Of a stretch of 45,679 nt of DNA, positions 20,082 through 27,809 are shown piece by piece. Under the pieces are notes generated by a model. That model did not search any database. It was not told where the DNA came from and was given only the letters and a program-made list of their open reading frames with translations. The DNA is taken from assembly GCA_964577195.1 (NCBI GenBank), contig CAZNYF010000002.1:1-45679 (forward strand), written 5' to 3'. This DNA comes from an uncultured Thiotrichales bacterium (GTDB lineage Bacteria; Pseudomonadota; Gammaproteobacteria; UWMA-0217). How positions within the stretch are numbered: the first letter of the stretch is position 1; every line of letters starts with the position of its first letter. Both the position numbers and the translations under genes were made by a program.

Positions 20082-20426
20082 ATGTTTGGGGTAAAGGATG
20101 TTAGTGCGACGGAGTTAACTGAGTGGATGGATTCTGATTCGAATATTCGCTTGATAGATGTTCGTTCCGCTCAGGAAGTTCAGCAAGGGATTATTGAAGG
20201 CGGGGAGTTTATACCTATGCATTTGATTCCTTTGAAGGTGAATGAGTTTAAGGGCAGTGAGAAAGTTGTTTTTTACTGCCGTAGCGGTGCTCGATCAGCC
20301 CAGGTTTGCTCTTTTTTGCAGCAGCAGGGGATTGATAATGTTTATAACCTGAGTCGCGGGATCATTGGTTGGGCTTCGGCGGGCTTATCGCTGGTTAGAA
20401 ATGATTCGATCCAGGTGGCAGGATAG
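20082..20426 (+). CDS. single-domain rhodanese-like sulfurtransferase
   Basis: 114 aa with the active-site loop CRSGARS and typical rhodanese framing (IRLIDVRS...EGGEFIPM). Confidence 0.85.
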   Translation: MFGVKDVSATELTEWMDSDSNIRLIDVRSAQEVQQGIIEGGEFIPMHLIPLKVNEFKGSEKVVFYCRSGARSAQVCSFLQQQGIDNVYNLSRGIIGWASAGLSLVRNDSIQVAG

Positions 20427-20497
20427 CCTGGATTCCATTGTTAATTGCGTGTCGTTTTAAGTAGTTGCAACTTATATTTTAAATTGATGTCAGATAG

Positions 20498-20516
20498 GTA
20501 CTTTACCGTAAAGTAC
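20498..20516. promoter_or_regulatory. perfect 19-bp palindrome (operator or weak terminator)
   Basis: GTACTTTAC-C-GTAAAGTAC has 9-bp arms and a single central base, followed by GTTTAATTTTT. It lies 27 nt upstream of the DsrE-family gene. Confidence 0.4.
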
Positions 20517-20543
20517 GTTTAATTTTTACGAGGTCACAAGCAC

Positions 20544-21011
20544 ATGTCAGAAAAAAAACTAGCAATAATCGCCACTAAAGGTACTTTAGACTGGGGTTAC
20601 CCCCCGTTCATACTCGCGTCTACTGCTGCCGCGCTTGGTTATCAAACGCAGATCTTTTTTACATTTTATGGGTTGCAGTTATTGAAGAAGAATCTCACTC
20701 TCCAGGTGTCATCCTTAGGGAATCCCGGTATGCCTATGCCTATGCCTGTGCCAGTTGTATTGCAAGCGCTGCCGGGTATGCAAGGCATGATGACTAGCAT
20801 GATGAAGAAGAAAATGAAGGCCAAGGGTGTGGCTGATTTAGGTGAGCTGCGGGATCTTTGTGTCGAGGCTGAAGTTGCGATGGTTGCTTGTCAGATGACG
20901 GTCGATCTTTTTGAGATGGATACCAAGGATTTTATTTCTGAGGTCGAATACGGCGGCGCTGCAACATTTTTTGAATTTGCTGGTGAATCCGACGTTTGTT
21001 TATTCATCTAG
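20544..21011 (+). CDS. DsrE-family sulfur-relay protein (DsrE2/DsrE3, COG2210-like)
   Basis: 155 aa. N-terminus KLAIIATKGTLDWGYPPFILASTAAALG, a Met/Pro-rich loop (GNPGMPMPMPVP...MMTSMMKKKM), a conserved Cys in ACQMTVD and a C-terminal GGAATFFEF. Subfamily not resolved. Confidence 0.75.
   Translation: MSEKKLAIIATKGTLDWGYPPFILASTAAALGYQTQIFFTFYGLQLLKKNLTLQVSSLGNPGMPMPMPVPVVLQALPGMQGMMTSMMKKKMKAKGVADLGELRDLCVEAEVAMVACQMTVDLFEMDTKDFISEVEYGGAATFFEFAGESDVCLFI
20730..20747 (+). repeat. in-frame hexanucleotide repeat (ATGCCT)x3 inside the DsrE-family gene
   Basis: Read directly: ATGCCTATGCCTATGCCT followed by the degenerate GTGCCA. It encodes MPMPMPVP. Confidence 0.9.
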
Positions 21012-21457
21012 GTTCGTATCAAATGAGGCTTTCTAGAGCGGATTCTAGTATTTAACTATTTAAGATCAGTTTTTAGGCTCTAGTTGTTTCGTCCATTGCT
21101 AGCTTTTGTGTCATGCAAGGTTTACTCAAGAGCGTATGCTTGATGGTGTGCTGGCTGTTAAATCGCTCCATTTGATCTCGATATATGGCCTCTTGTGTCG
21201 AAGGGATTGTTGGTTATAAATATTTTCAGTTATAGTGATACGCTCTAGAGGCGCTCGGTCTTTGGTGCGTCTATCTCTAAGGAGATATTAGGTCTTGTAG
21301 TCCAAGCACCCCAATAAGGGGATTGTGATAGACAGACTGTATTATTAAACTATTGTTATCTTTAATGGCTGCATTAGTTTTTGACTAGGCCTAAATTGTG
21401 TAGTTCTGCTTTGGCAGGGCTATTTATGAATTTAATACTTTTGAGTAGGAGATCAGC

Positions 21458-22714
21458 ATGGCTGATAAACATTTTGACACTCCGATGTTGGACGAGCTGG
21501 AAAAAGGTCCATGGCCGAGTTTTATTTCTGGTTTTAAGCGTCTACGGGATGATCATCCAGATGAGCGAATCAAGAATACAGCTAACTCACTTCTGGGTCA
21601 GTTAGAGCACTCTTACGAGACTCGTAAAGGGTATTGGAAAGGCGGCACGCTAAGTGTGTTTGGTTATGGCGCTGGTATTATTCCGCGCTTTTCTGAAGTA
21701 GCAGATAAGTTTAAAGCGTCCAAAGAATTTCATACTTTACGTATTCAGCCTCCACCGGGGAATCATTACACTACGGATATGCTTCGCCAGCTAACGGATA
21801 GCTGGGAGCGGCATGCTTCAGGTTTGATTACTTTTCATGGTCAAACCGGGAACATCATGTTTATTGGTGCTTCCAATGACGCTACCCAAGAATTCTTTGA
21901 TGAGATCAATGATTATGGTTGGGATCTTGGTGGTGCCGGGCCAGATGTTCGTACAGGAATGTCCTGTGTAGGTGCAGCACGTTGTGAGCAGTCATGCATT
22001 GATGAGCAGAGAATTCATCGTACGCTTCAGAATAACTTTACAGATGATGTGCATCGTCCTGCATTGCCTTATAAGTTCAAGTTCAAGATTTCTGGTTGCC
22101 CCAACGATTGCCAGAACTCAATTGAGCGTTCAGATTTCTCGATAATTGGCACATGGCGCGATGACATGAAGGTTGATCAAGAGAAATTCAAGGGTTACTT
22201 GGAGACTAAGGGTCGTCAGTACCTGATTGATAACGTTATCACTCGCTGCCCTACCAATGCTCTGTCAATCACTGATGATGACACGCTGGCGGTGGATAAT
22301 CGCAACTGTGTTCGTTGTATGCACTGCTTGAATGTTATGCCTAAAGCCTTATCTCCTGGAGATGATCGCGGCATAATTATCGCTATCGGTGGAAAGCGTA
22401 CTCTGAAGATCGGTGATTTGATGGGTACAGTAGTTGTTCCATTTAAAAAGCTAGAGACTGAGGAAGATTGGGAAAGTCTTGTCGAGTTGGCTGAAGAGAT
22501 CATTGATTTCTGGGCTGAGAACGGTCTTGAGCATGAGCGTTGTGGTGAGATGATCGAGCGGATCGGCCTTGCTAACTTTCTTGAAGGGATTGATATTGAA
22601 GTTGATCCGAACATGCTGAGTCACCCTCGTCAAAGCTCCTATATCCGTATGGATGACTGGGATCAAGAGGCTGAAAAATGGTTCGACCGCAAGGCGGAAG
22701 AAGCAGCAGCTTAG
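21458..22714 (+). CDS. dsrA: dissimilatory sulfite reductase alpha subunit (oxidative/reverse type by context)
   Basis: 418 aa. Siroheme-[4Fe-4S] Cys cluster MSCVGAARCEQSC...CPNDC and ferredoxin insert CPTNAL...CVRCMHC. AGGAG lies 7 nt upstream. It is followed by dsrB and dsrEFH. Confidence 0.95.
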   Translation: MADKHFDTPMLDELEKGPWPSFISGFKRLRDDHPDERIKNTANSLLGQLEHSYETRKGYWKGGTLSVFGYGAGIIPRFSEVADKFKASKEFHTLRIQPPPGNHYTTDMLRQLTDSWERHASGLITFHGQTGNIMFIGASNDATQEFFDEINDYGWDLGGAGPDVRTGMSCVGAARCEQSCIDEQRIHRTLQNNFTDDVHRPALPYKFKFKISGCPNDCQNSIERSDFSIIGTWRDDMKVDQEKFKGYLETKGRQYLIDNVITRCPTNALSITDDDTLAVDNRNCVRCMHCLNVMPKALSPGDDRGIIIAIGGKRTLKIGDLMGTVVVPFKKLETEEDWESLVELAEEIIDFWAENGLEHERCGEMIERIGLANFLEGIDIEVDPNMLSHPRQSSYIRMDDWDQEAEKWFDRKAEEAAA

Positions 22715-22730
22715 TTTGTAATCTCTTGAA

Positions 22731-22763
22731 AATAAGCCCTGTGTTCGTGCGGGGCTTATTTTT
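22731..22763 (+). terminator. intrinsic-terminator-like hairpin between dsrA and dsrB
   Basis: AATAAGCCC (22731..22739) pairs with GGGCTTATT (22752..22760). Inner G-C/G-U pairs can close a TTCG loop. It is flanked by an A-run upstream and a T-run downstream. Confidence 0.55.
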
Positions 22764-22811
22764 CTGGCGCTTAATTAGCATTTAATGAATTTCTGATTTT
22801 GGAGTTTGATC

Positions 22812-23885
22812 ATGGCTGACGCACCCCGTCCCCCTATAGAATCTGGTTGTCCTGATGCATTTCAATATATGCATCCCGCTTTACGTAGAAACTACGGTAA
22901 CTGGGACTACCATGAAGATCCCCAGCCTGGTGTATTAATGCATGCATCAAAGTCCGGCGAGAAAGTCTGGACTGTAAAGGCAGCGACACAGCGTATTCTG
23001 GATGTTTTTTCCATGCGTATTCTTTGCGATATTGCGGATAAACACGCTGATGGTCATATTCGTTTCACCTTGCGTTCGAATATGGAGTTTATGACGACGC
23101 ATGAAGACCGGGTTCAGCCGCTTATTGACGATTTAACAAGTAGCGGCTTTGTCGTTGGTGGAACTCGAAATTCTGTTGCGACCATGTCCCATACACAGGG
23201 TTGGTTGCACTGCGATATTCCTGCAACAGACGCATCTGGCGTTGTTAAGTCTATGATGGATGAGCTGATTGGTGAATTCACCTCTTGGCAGATGCCAAAC
23301 CGTGTTCATATTACGACTTCTTGCTGCCAAATCAACTGTGGTGGTCAAGGCGACATTGCGATCAATATTCAGCACACCAAGCCACCTAAGATTAATCACG
23401 ATCTTGTTGCAAATGTTTGCGAGCGTCCATCGGTCGTTGCACGTTGCCCGGTAGCAGCGATTCGTCCTGCTCAGGTAAACGGCAAGCCTTCTTTGGAAGT
23501 TGATGAGCGTAAATGTATTTGTTGTGGTGCTTGCTACCCTCCTTGCCCTCCAATGCAAATTAACGATGCAGAGCATTCAAAACTTGCAGTATGGGTCGGT
23601 GGTAATCACTCTAATGCTCGTGGCAAGCCTACTTTTCAAAAGCTGGTTGCTGCTGGTATTCCAAATAATCCGCCACGTTGGCCTGAGGCTACGGCGATTG
23701 TTAAGAAAATCCTTAATGTCTACAAAGAAGACGCTAAAGATTGGGAACGTATCAATGAATGGATTGAGCGTGTTGGTTGGCCGCGGTTTTTCGAGCTTAC
23801 CGGTTTACCTTTCACTAAGTTCCACATCGATAACTGGCGTGGAGCCCGTGCGAGCCTGAATTCCTCTGCACATATTCGCTTCTAA
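22812..23885 (+). CDS. dsrB: dissimilatory sulfite reductase beta subunit
   Basis: The ATG at 22812 has GGAG 7 nt upstream (the ORF-track TTG at 22806 is unlikely). Cys motifs TTSCCQINCGG and CICCGACYPPCP. 357 aa. Confidence 0.95.
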   Translation: MADAPRPPIESGCPDAFQYMHPALRRNYGNWDYHEDPQPGVLMHASKSGEKVWTVKAATQRILDVFSMRILCDIADKHADGHIRFTLRSNMEFMTTHEDRVQPLIDDLTSSGFVVGGTRNSVATMSHTQGWLHCDIPATDASGVVKSMMDELIGEFTSWQMPNRVHITTSCCQINCGGQGDIAINIQHTKPPKINHDLVANVCERPSVVARCPVAAIRPAQVNGKPSLEVDERKCICCGACYPPCPPMQINDAEHSKLAVWVGGNHSNARGKPTFQKLVAAGIPNNPPRWPEATAIVKKILNVYKEDAKDWERINEWIERVGWPRFFELTGLPFTKFHIDNWRGARASLNSSAHIRF

Positions 23886-23909
23886 CTAAGGATAGGAATC
23901 AGAATTAGT

Positions 23910-24302
23910 ATGAAATATACCATTCAGATAAATGAAGGGCCTTACCAGCATCAGGCGTCCGACACTGCGTTGCAGTTTGTTCGGGCTGCTTTGGAAAAGG
24001 GCCATGAAATCTTTCGTGTGTTTTTCTATCATGATGGTGTTAATAACGGTACGCGTCTAGCTGTCCCGCCTCAGGATGATCGCAATATCGTCAAGAGTTG
24101 GTCAGAACTTGCTGAAAAGCATGGTCTTGATCTTGTGATTTGTATCGCAGCGGCTCAGCGTCGCGGAATTATGGATGCAGATGAGTCAAAGCGTCAGGGG
24201 CTTGATGCCGATAACATTGCGCCGGGTTTCCGTATCTCGGGGCTGGGGCAGTTGATTGAAGGTGGTATTCAATCTGATCGCCTTTTGGTTTTTGGGGACT
24301 AG
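23910..24302 (+). CDS. dsrE: sulfur-relay protein DsrE
   Basis: 130 aa. Conserved active-site Cys context LVICIAAAQRRG, in the first position of the dsrEFH triplet. Confidence 0.9.
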   Translation: MKYTIQINEGPYQHQASDTALQFVRAALEKGHEIFRVFFYHDGVNNGTRLAVPPQDDRNIVKSWSELAEKHGLDLVICIAAAQRRGIMDADESKRQGLDADNIAPGFRISGLGQLIEGGIQSDRLLVFGD

Positions 24303-24311
24303 GAGCAGACG

Positions 24312-24719
24312 ATGTCTACAATTAAAAAGTTTTTTTACGTGAATCGAACAGCTCCTTATGGAACGGTTTATGCGCTTGAGTCACTGGAAGTCGTTCTGAT
24401 TGGTGCTGCTTTCGAGCAGGACGTGAGTCTGGCGTTTGTTGATGATGGTGTTTTTCAGATCGCTAAAGGGCAAAAGACCGAAGAGATTGGGATGAAGAAT
24501 TTTTCTCCTACTTATGGTGCGCTTGGCGATTTTGAAGTAACCAAAATTTACGTTGAGAAGGAATCTCTTGAGGCTCGCGGACTCACTTTGGATGATCTGA
24601 TGGATCTGAAATATGAAGATGAGGACGACGACTGGGCTGAAAAAGATTCTATTCGCCTGGTTAGCTCTGAGGAGCTTGCCAAGATCATGGGTGAGCAAGA
24701 CGTAGTCTTGACTTTCTAG
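24312..24719 (+). CDS. dsrF: sulfur-relay protein DsrF
   Basis: 135 aa with a DsrE/F fold pattern. Called by its position between dsrE and dsrH. Confidence 0.85.
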   Translation: MSTIKKFFYVNRTAPYGTVYALESLEVVLIGAAFEQDVSLAFVDDGVFQIAKGQKTEEIGMKNFSPTYGALGDFEVTKIYVEKESLEARGLTLDDLMDLKYEDEDDDWAEKDSIRLVSSEELAKIMGEQDVVLTF

Positions 24720-24729
24720 GAGTATAAAG

Positions 24730-25035
24730 ATGGCAATGTTACATATTGTTAATAAATCACCTTTTGAGCGTGATTCATTAGATAGCTGTTTGCGATTAGC
24801 GGAAGAAGGTTCTTCTGTGTTGTTTACCGAAGATGGAATTTACGGTGCCTTAAAGAACACCAAGGTTGCTGACAAAGTTAGCGCGGCAAATGGAATTAAG
24901 TTTTTTGTTTTAGGCCCGGACGTTAAGGCTCGCGGCATGAATGAAGATAAGCTGATTGATGGAATAGACGTAGTTGACTACGCCGGTTTTGTTGATTTGA
25001 CGACTGAGCATGATGTTGTTCAGTCTTGGCTGTAA
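24730..25035 (+). CDS. dsrH: sulfur-relay protein DsrH
   Basis: 101 aa. LHIVNKSPF...LDSCLRLA contains the conserved N-terminal Cys. Third gene of the dsrEFH triplet. Confidence 0.85.
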   Translation: MAMLHIVNKSPFERDSLDSCLRLAEEGSSVLFTEDGIYGALKNTKVADKVSAANGIKFFVLGPDVKARGMNEDKLIDGIDVVDYAGFVDLTTEHDVVQSWL

Positions 25036-25067
25036 TACTGTTCTATTAATCTATTTAGGAGATAAAA

Positions 25068-25403
25068 ATGGCAACTGTTGAAGTTAATGGTAAGAGCTAC
25101 GAAGTTGATGAAGAAGGTTACCTGGAAGATCTTTCTACCTGGGATAAAGATATCGCAGTAGAGATGGCAAAGCTTGATGATGCTGAGCTGACCGATAACC
25201 ACTGGGAAGTGATGAACTTCTTGCGTTCGTATTATGAAGAGTACCAAATTGCACCAGCGGTTCGTGTTTTAACCAAGGCGATTGGTAAAAAACTGGGTAA
25301 AGACAAAGGTAACAGCAAATATTTATATGAGCTCTTTCCTTATGGCCCTGCCAAGCAAGCTTGTAAATATGCTGGACTTCCTAAGCCTACTGGCTGCGTC
25401 TAG
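25068..25403 (+). CDS. dsrC: DsrC sulfur carrier / sulfite reductase substrate protein
   Basis: 111 aa. The C-terminal arm ACKYAGLPKPTGCV carries both conserved cysteines (penultimate Cys and the Cys 11 residues upstream). Confidence 0.95.
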   Translation: MATVEVNGKSYEVDEEGYLEDLSTWDKDIAVEMAKLDDAELTDNHWEVMNFLRSYYEEYQIAPAVRVLTKAIGKKLGKDKGNSKYLYELFPYGPAKQACKYAGLPKPTGCV

Positions 25404-25412
25404 TTTATTCCC

Positions 25413-25445
25413 AATAACGAAGGGAGTATCTCCCTTCGTTATTTT
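25413..25445 (+). terminator. strong hairpin / intrinsic terminator after dsrC
   Basis: Perfect 14-bp stem AATAACGAAGGGAG / CTCCCTTCGTTATT with loop TAT, running into TTTT. It begins 10 nt after the dsrC stop and lies 30 nt before dsrM. Confidence 0.6.
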
Positions 25446-25475
25446 CCCAGTTACTACCGACGGAGCACAGAAACA

Positions 25476-26219
25476 ATGTCGTTTCTGACCATCTTCTTTA
25501 CGCTTTTATTTTATGTCGCCACTCTAATATTGGTAGGTGGTTTGGCGTACCGTATTTGGGTGTATGCAAAAACTCCGGCCCCACTAAAAATCGTGGTTAC
25601 GCCTGCGCCGATGACTAAAACTGGGGTAGCTTTCCGTTTGTGGACTGAAGTTACGTTGTTTTCAAGCCTATTTAAAGCCAATAAATGGATTTGGTTATTT
25701 GGCTGGTTGTTCCACTTTGGTATGTTGCTTGTTTTATTGCGGCATCTACGCTATTTCACTGATCCGGTTTGGTGGTGGGTTTCACTTGTTCAGCCATTTG
25801 GGAAGTATGCGGCTTTTGCGATGCTGATAGGTTTGGCTGGATTGTTGGCTCGAAGGTTTCTCGTTGACAGGGTGAGATATATCTCAGCTCCGTCTGACTA
25901 TTTAATGCTTGTGCTGTTACTTGGGATTGGTGGTAGCGGCGCATTTATGACATTTGTAAGTGGTATTGACATCATTAGCTTAAAAGCATTTTTTCTAGGC
26001 TTGATGCGTTTTAATTGGCAGCCGTTTCCAGCCAGCGCGGTGCTGATTATTCACATGCTATCGGTTGCTACGTTGATGATTATTTTTCCGATTAGTAAGC
26101 TTCTTCACGCGCCTGGTTTGTTTTTTAGTCCAACCAGAAATCAGGTTGATAACCCGCGCGAAAAGCGCCACGTTGTTGATTGGGCATTAAAGCTCGAATC
26201 CAGCGATAAAAAATCTTGA
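25476..26219 (+). CDS. dsrM: DsrM, NarI-like dihaem b membrane subunit of DsrMKJOP
   Basis: 247 aa with 5 predicted TM helices and conserved His residues (LFHFGMLLVLLRHLRY, IIHMLSV). Called also by its position before dsrK. Confidence 0.9.
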   Translation: MSFLTIFFTLLFYVATLILVGGLAYRIWVYAKTPAPLKIVVTPAPMTKTGVAFRLWTEVTLFSSLFKANKWIWLFGWLFHFGMLLVLLRHLRYFTDPVWWWVSLVQPFGKYAAFAMLIGLAGLLARRFLVDRVRYISAPSDYLMLVLLLGIGGSGAFMTFVSGIDIISLKAFFLGLMRFNWQPFPASAVLIIHMLSVATLMIIFPISKLLHAPGLFFSPTRNQVDNPREKRHVVDWALKLESSDKKS

Positions 26220-26229
26220 GGGTATAGAA

Positions 26230-27759
26230 GTGGCTGATTTCGAAACTCCAAAAGTTACAGAAAGTATTATTATTCCTCACATCAAACCCGGTGTGATGGA
26301 GTGGAAAGGTCCTTTTGTGGCCAAGCCTGCGCATCAAAGCGATCTTGGATATCCAGAAGAGCTGGTTGATGACTGGAAGAATAAAGCCATTGAAAAAATG
26401 GGTGAGCTCACGAGTAAATATCGCTCACTAAAAGTCTTCTTGGATTCTTGTGTGAAGTGTGGTGCTTGTACTGACAAATGCCACTATTACATTGGTACTG
26501 CCGATCCTAAAAATATGCCGGTAGGTCGTCAAGATTTATTTAGACAGGTCTACCGTCGTTACTACACATTTGCAGGAAAATATTTCCCGAAACTCGTTGG
26601 CGCAGTAGATCTGACCGAAGATGTTTTGGATGATTGGTATAACTATTTTCATCAATGCTCTGAATGTAGGCGTTGCTCTGTTTTTTGCCCTTACGGTATT
26701 GATACCGCCGAAATTACCATGGCTGCTCGTGAAGTCATGGCCTCTATTGGCAAAGGCATGAAATACAACAATGAAATTATCGCTAAAGTCTTCAAGATTG
26801 GTAATAACCTCGGTCTTCCAGAGCCTGCATTGGCAGATACACTTGAAGGACTAGAAGAAGAGGTTGAAGAAGATACTGGGGTTGCAGTTAAATTTCCGTT
26901 GGATGTTAAAGGTGCTGAGATACTATTAATAACACCATCCGCCGATTTCTTTGCGGAGCCACATGTCGACGGCCTGATCGGATATGCAAAGGTCTTTCAT
27001 GAGTCAGGTGTTAGCTGGACAATAAGTTCAAAAGCCAGTGAAGCAGCCAATTTCGGGCTTTTTATCGGCAGTTACGAAAATATGCGCAAGGTTTCCTTAC
27101 GTATTCGTGAGGCTGCGATTGAGCTAGGTGTTAAAAGAATTATTTTTGGCGAATGTGGACATGCATGGCGTGTTGGATACAATTTTCTAAATACCCTCGC
27201 CGGTCCTTTTGACTTTCTCGATCAAAATTATCCAGTACCACAACACATACTTGAATTTACCCTGGATCAAATTGAGCGCGGTAAATTGAATTTGGATAAG
27301 TCAGAAAACGATCACATGACGCTGACATTTCACGATTCTTGCAATATTGCTCGTGCATCACGCATTGGTAGTTATCCCGGCAGCCAGTTTGAAATTCCGC
27401 GTAAAGTCATCAAAGCAGTTTGTAATAATTTCGTTGATATGGCGAAAGACACTATCGGCGAAGGTACCTTTTGCTGCGGCGGCGGCGGCGGTCTCCTGAC
27501 TGACGACTTGATGGAAGTTCGTGTCAAGGGTGCTTTACCTAGAATGAGCGCACTAGCAGACGTGGTTAAGCATGACGGTGTGACCCACATGGCCGCGATT
27601 TGTGCGATTTGCAAAAGCCAGTTCAGCAAAATGATGCCTTATTACGGTTTAAGCATGGATCAGATAGTGAGTGTGCATCAGCTCGTGAGCGATGCGATTA
27701 TTCTAACTGGTCAGAATTCAGATGAAGATGAAGTAGACGCTAAAGAAGCGGCTGCTTGA
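26230..27759 (+). CDS. dsrK: DsrK, HdrD-like Fe-S/CCG-domain catalytic subunit
   Basis: GTG start. Ferredoxin motifs CVKCGACTDKC and CSECRRCSVFCP. CCG-domain motifs FHDSCN and TFCCGGGGG. Confidence 0.9.
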   Translation: MADFETPKVTESIIIPHIKPGVMEWKGPFVAKPAHQSDLGYPEELVDDWKNKAIEKMGELTSKYRSLKVFLDSCVKCGACTDKCHYYIGTADPKNMPVGRQDLFRQVYRRYYTFAGKYFPKLVGAVDLTEDVLDDWYNYFHQCSECRRCSVFCPYGIDTAEITMAAREVMASIGKGMKYNNEIIAKVFKIGNNLGLPEPALADTLEGLEEEVEEDTGVAVKFPLDVKGAEILLITPSADFFAEPHVDGLIGYAKVFHESGVSWTISSKASEAANFGLFIGSYENMRKVSLRIREAAIELGVKRIIFGECGHAWRVGYNFLNTLAGPFDFLDQNYPVPQHILEFTLDQIERGKLNLDKSENDHMTLTFHDSCNIARASRIGSYPGSQFEIPRKVIKAVCNNFVDMAKDTIGEGTFCCGGGGGLLTDDLMEVRVKGALPRMSALADVVKHDGVTHMAAICAICKSQFSKMMPYYGLSMDQIVSVHQLVSDAIILTGQNSDEDEVDAKEAAA

Positions 27760-27809
27760 TCACTTTTATTTTTAATTTAATTTTACCTATATAAACGGGG
27801 AAAATAATT

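Noticed and set aside
21411-21426. Sigma54-like TGGCA element upstream of dsrA
   Set aside because: TGGCAG-N5-TTTAT lacks the -12 GC dinucleotide, and no enhancer-binding protein gene is nearby, so I did not call it.
21381-21605. 74-aa ORF spanning the dsrA start
   Set aside because: It begins with a non-ATG codon in the promoter/RBS region, overlaps dsrA out of frame and has no RBS. The AGGAG at about 21447 clearly serves the dsrA ATG.
22216-23576. Antisense ORFs inside dsrA (22216..22614) and dsrB (23133..23576), plus a +2-frame ORF at 23500..23859
   Set aside because: All are embedded in genes with unambiguous Fe-S and siroheme motifs. Their translations are low-complexity and they have no start context.
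27474-27492. GC-rich trinucleotide run TGCTGC(GGC)4GG in dsrK
   Set aside because: It encodes the conserved CCGGGGG motif of the HdrD/DsrK CCG domain. The repeat is a consequence of protein conservation, not a contingency locus.
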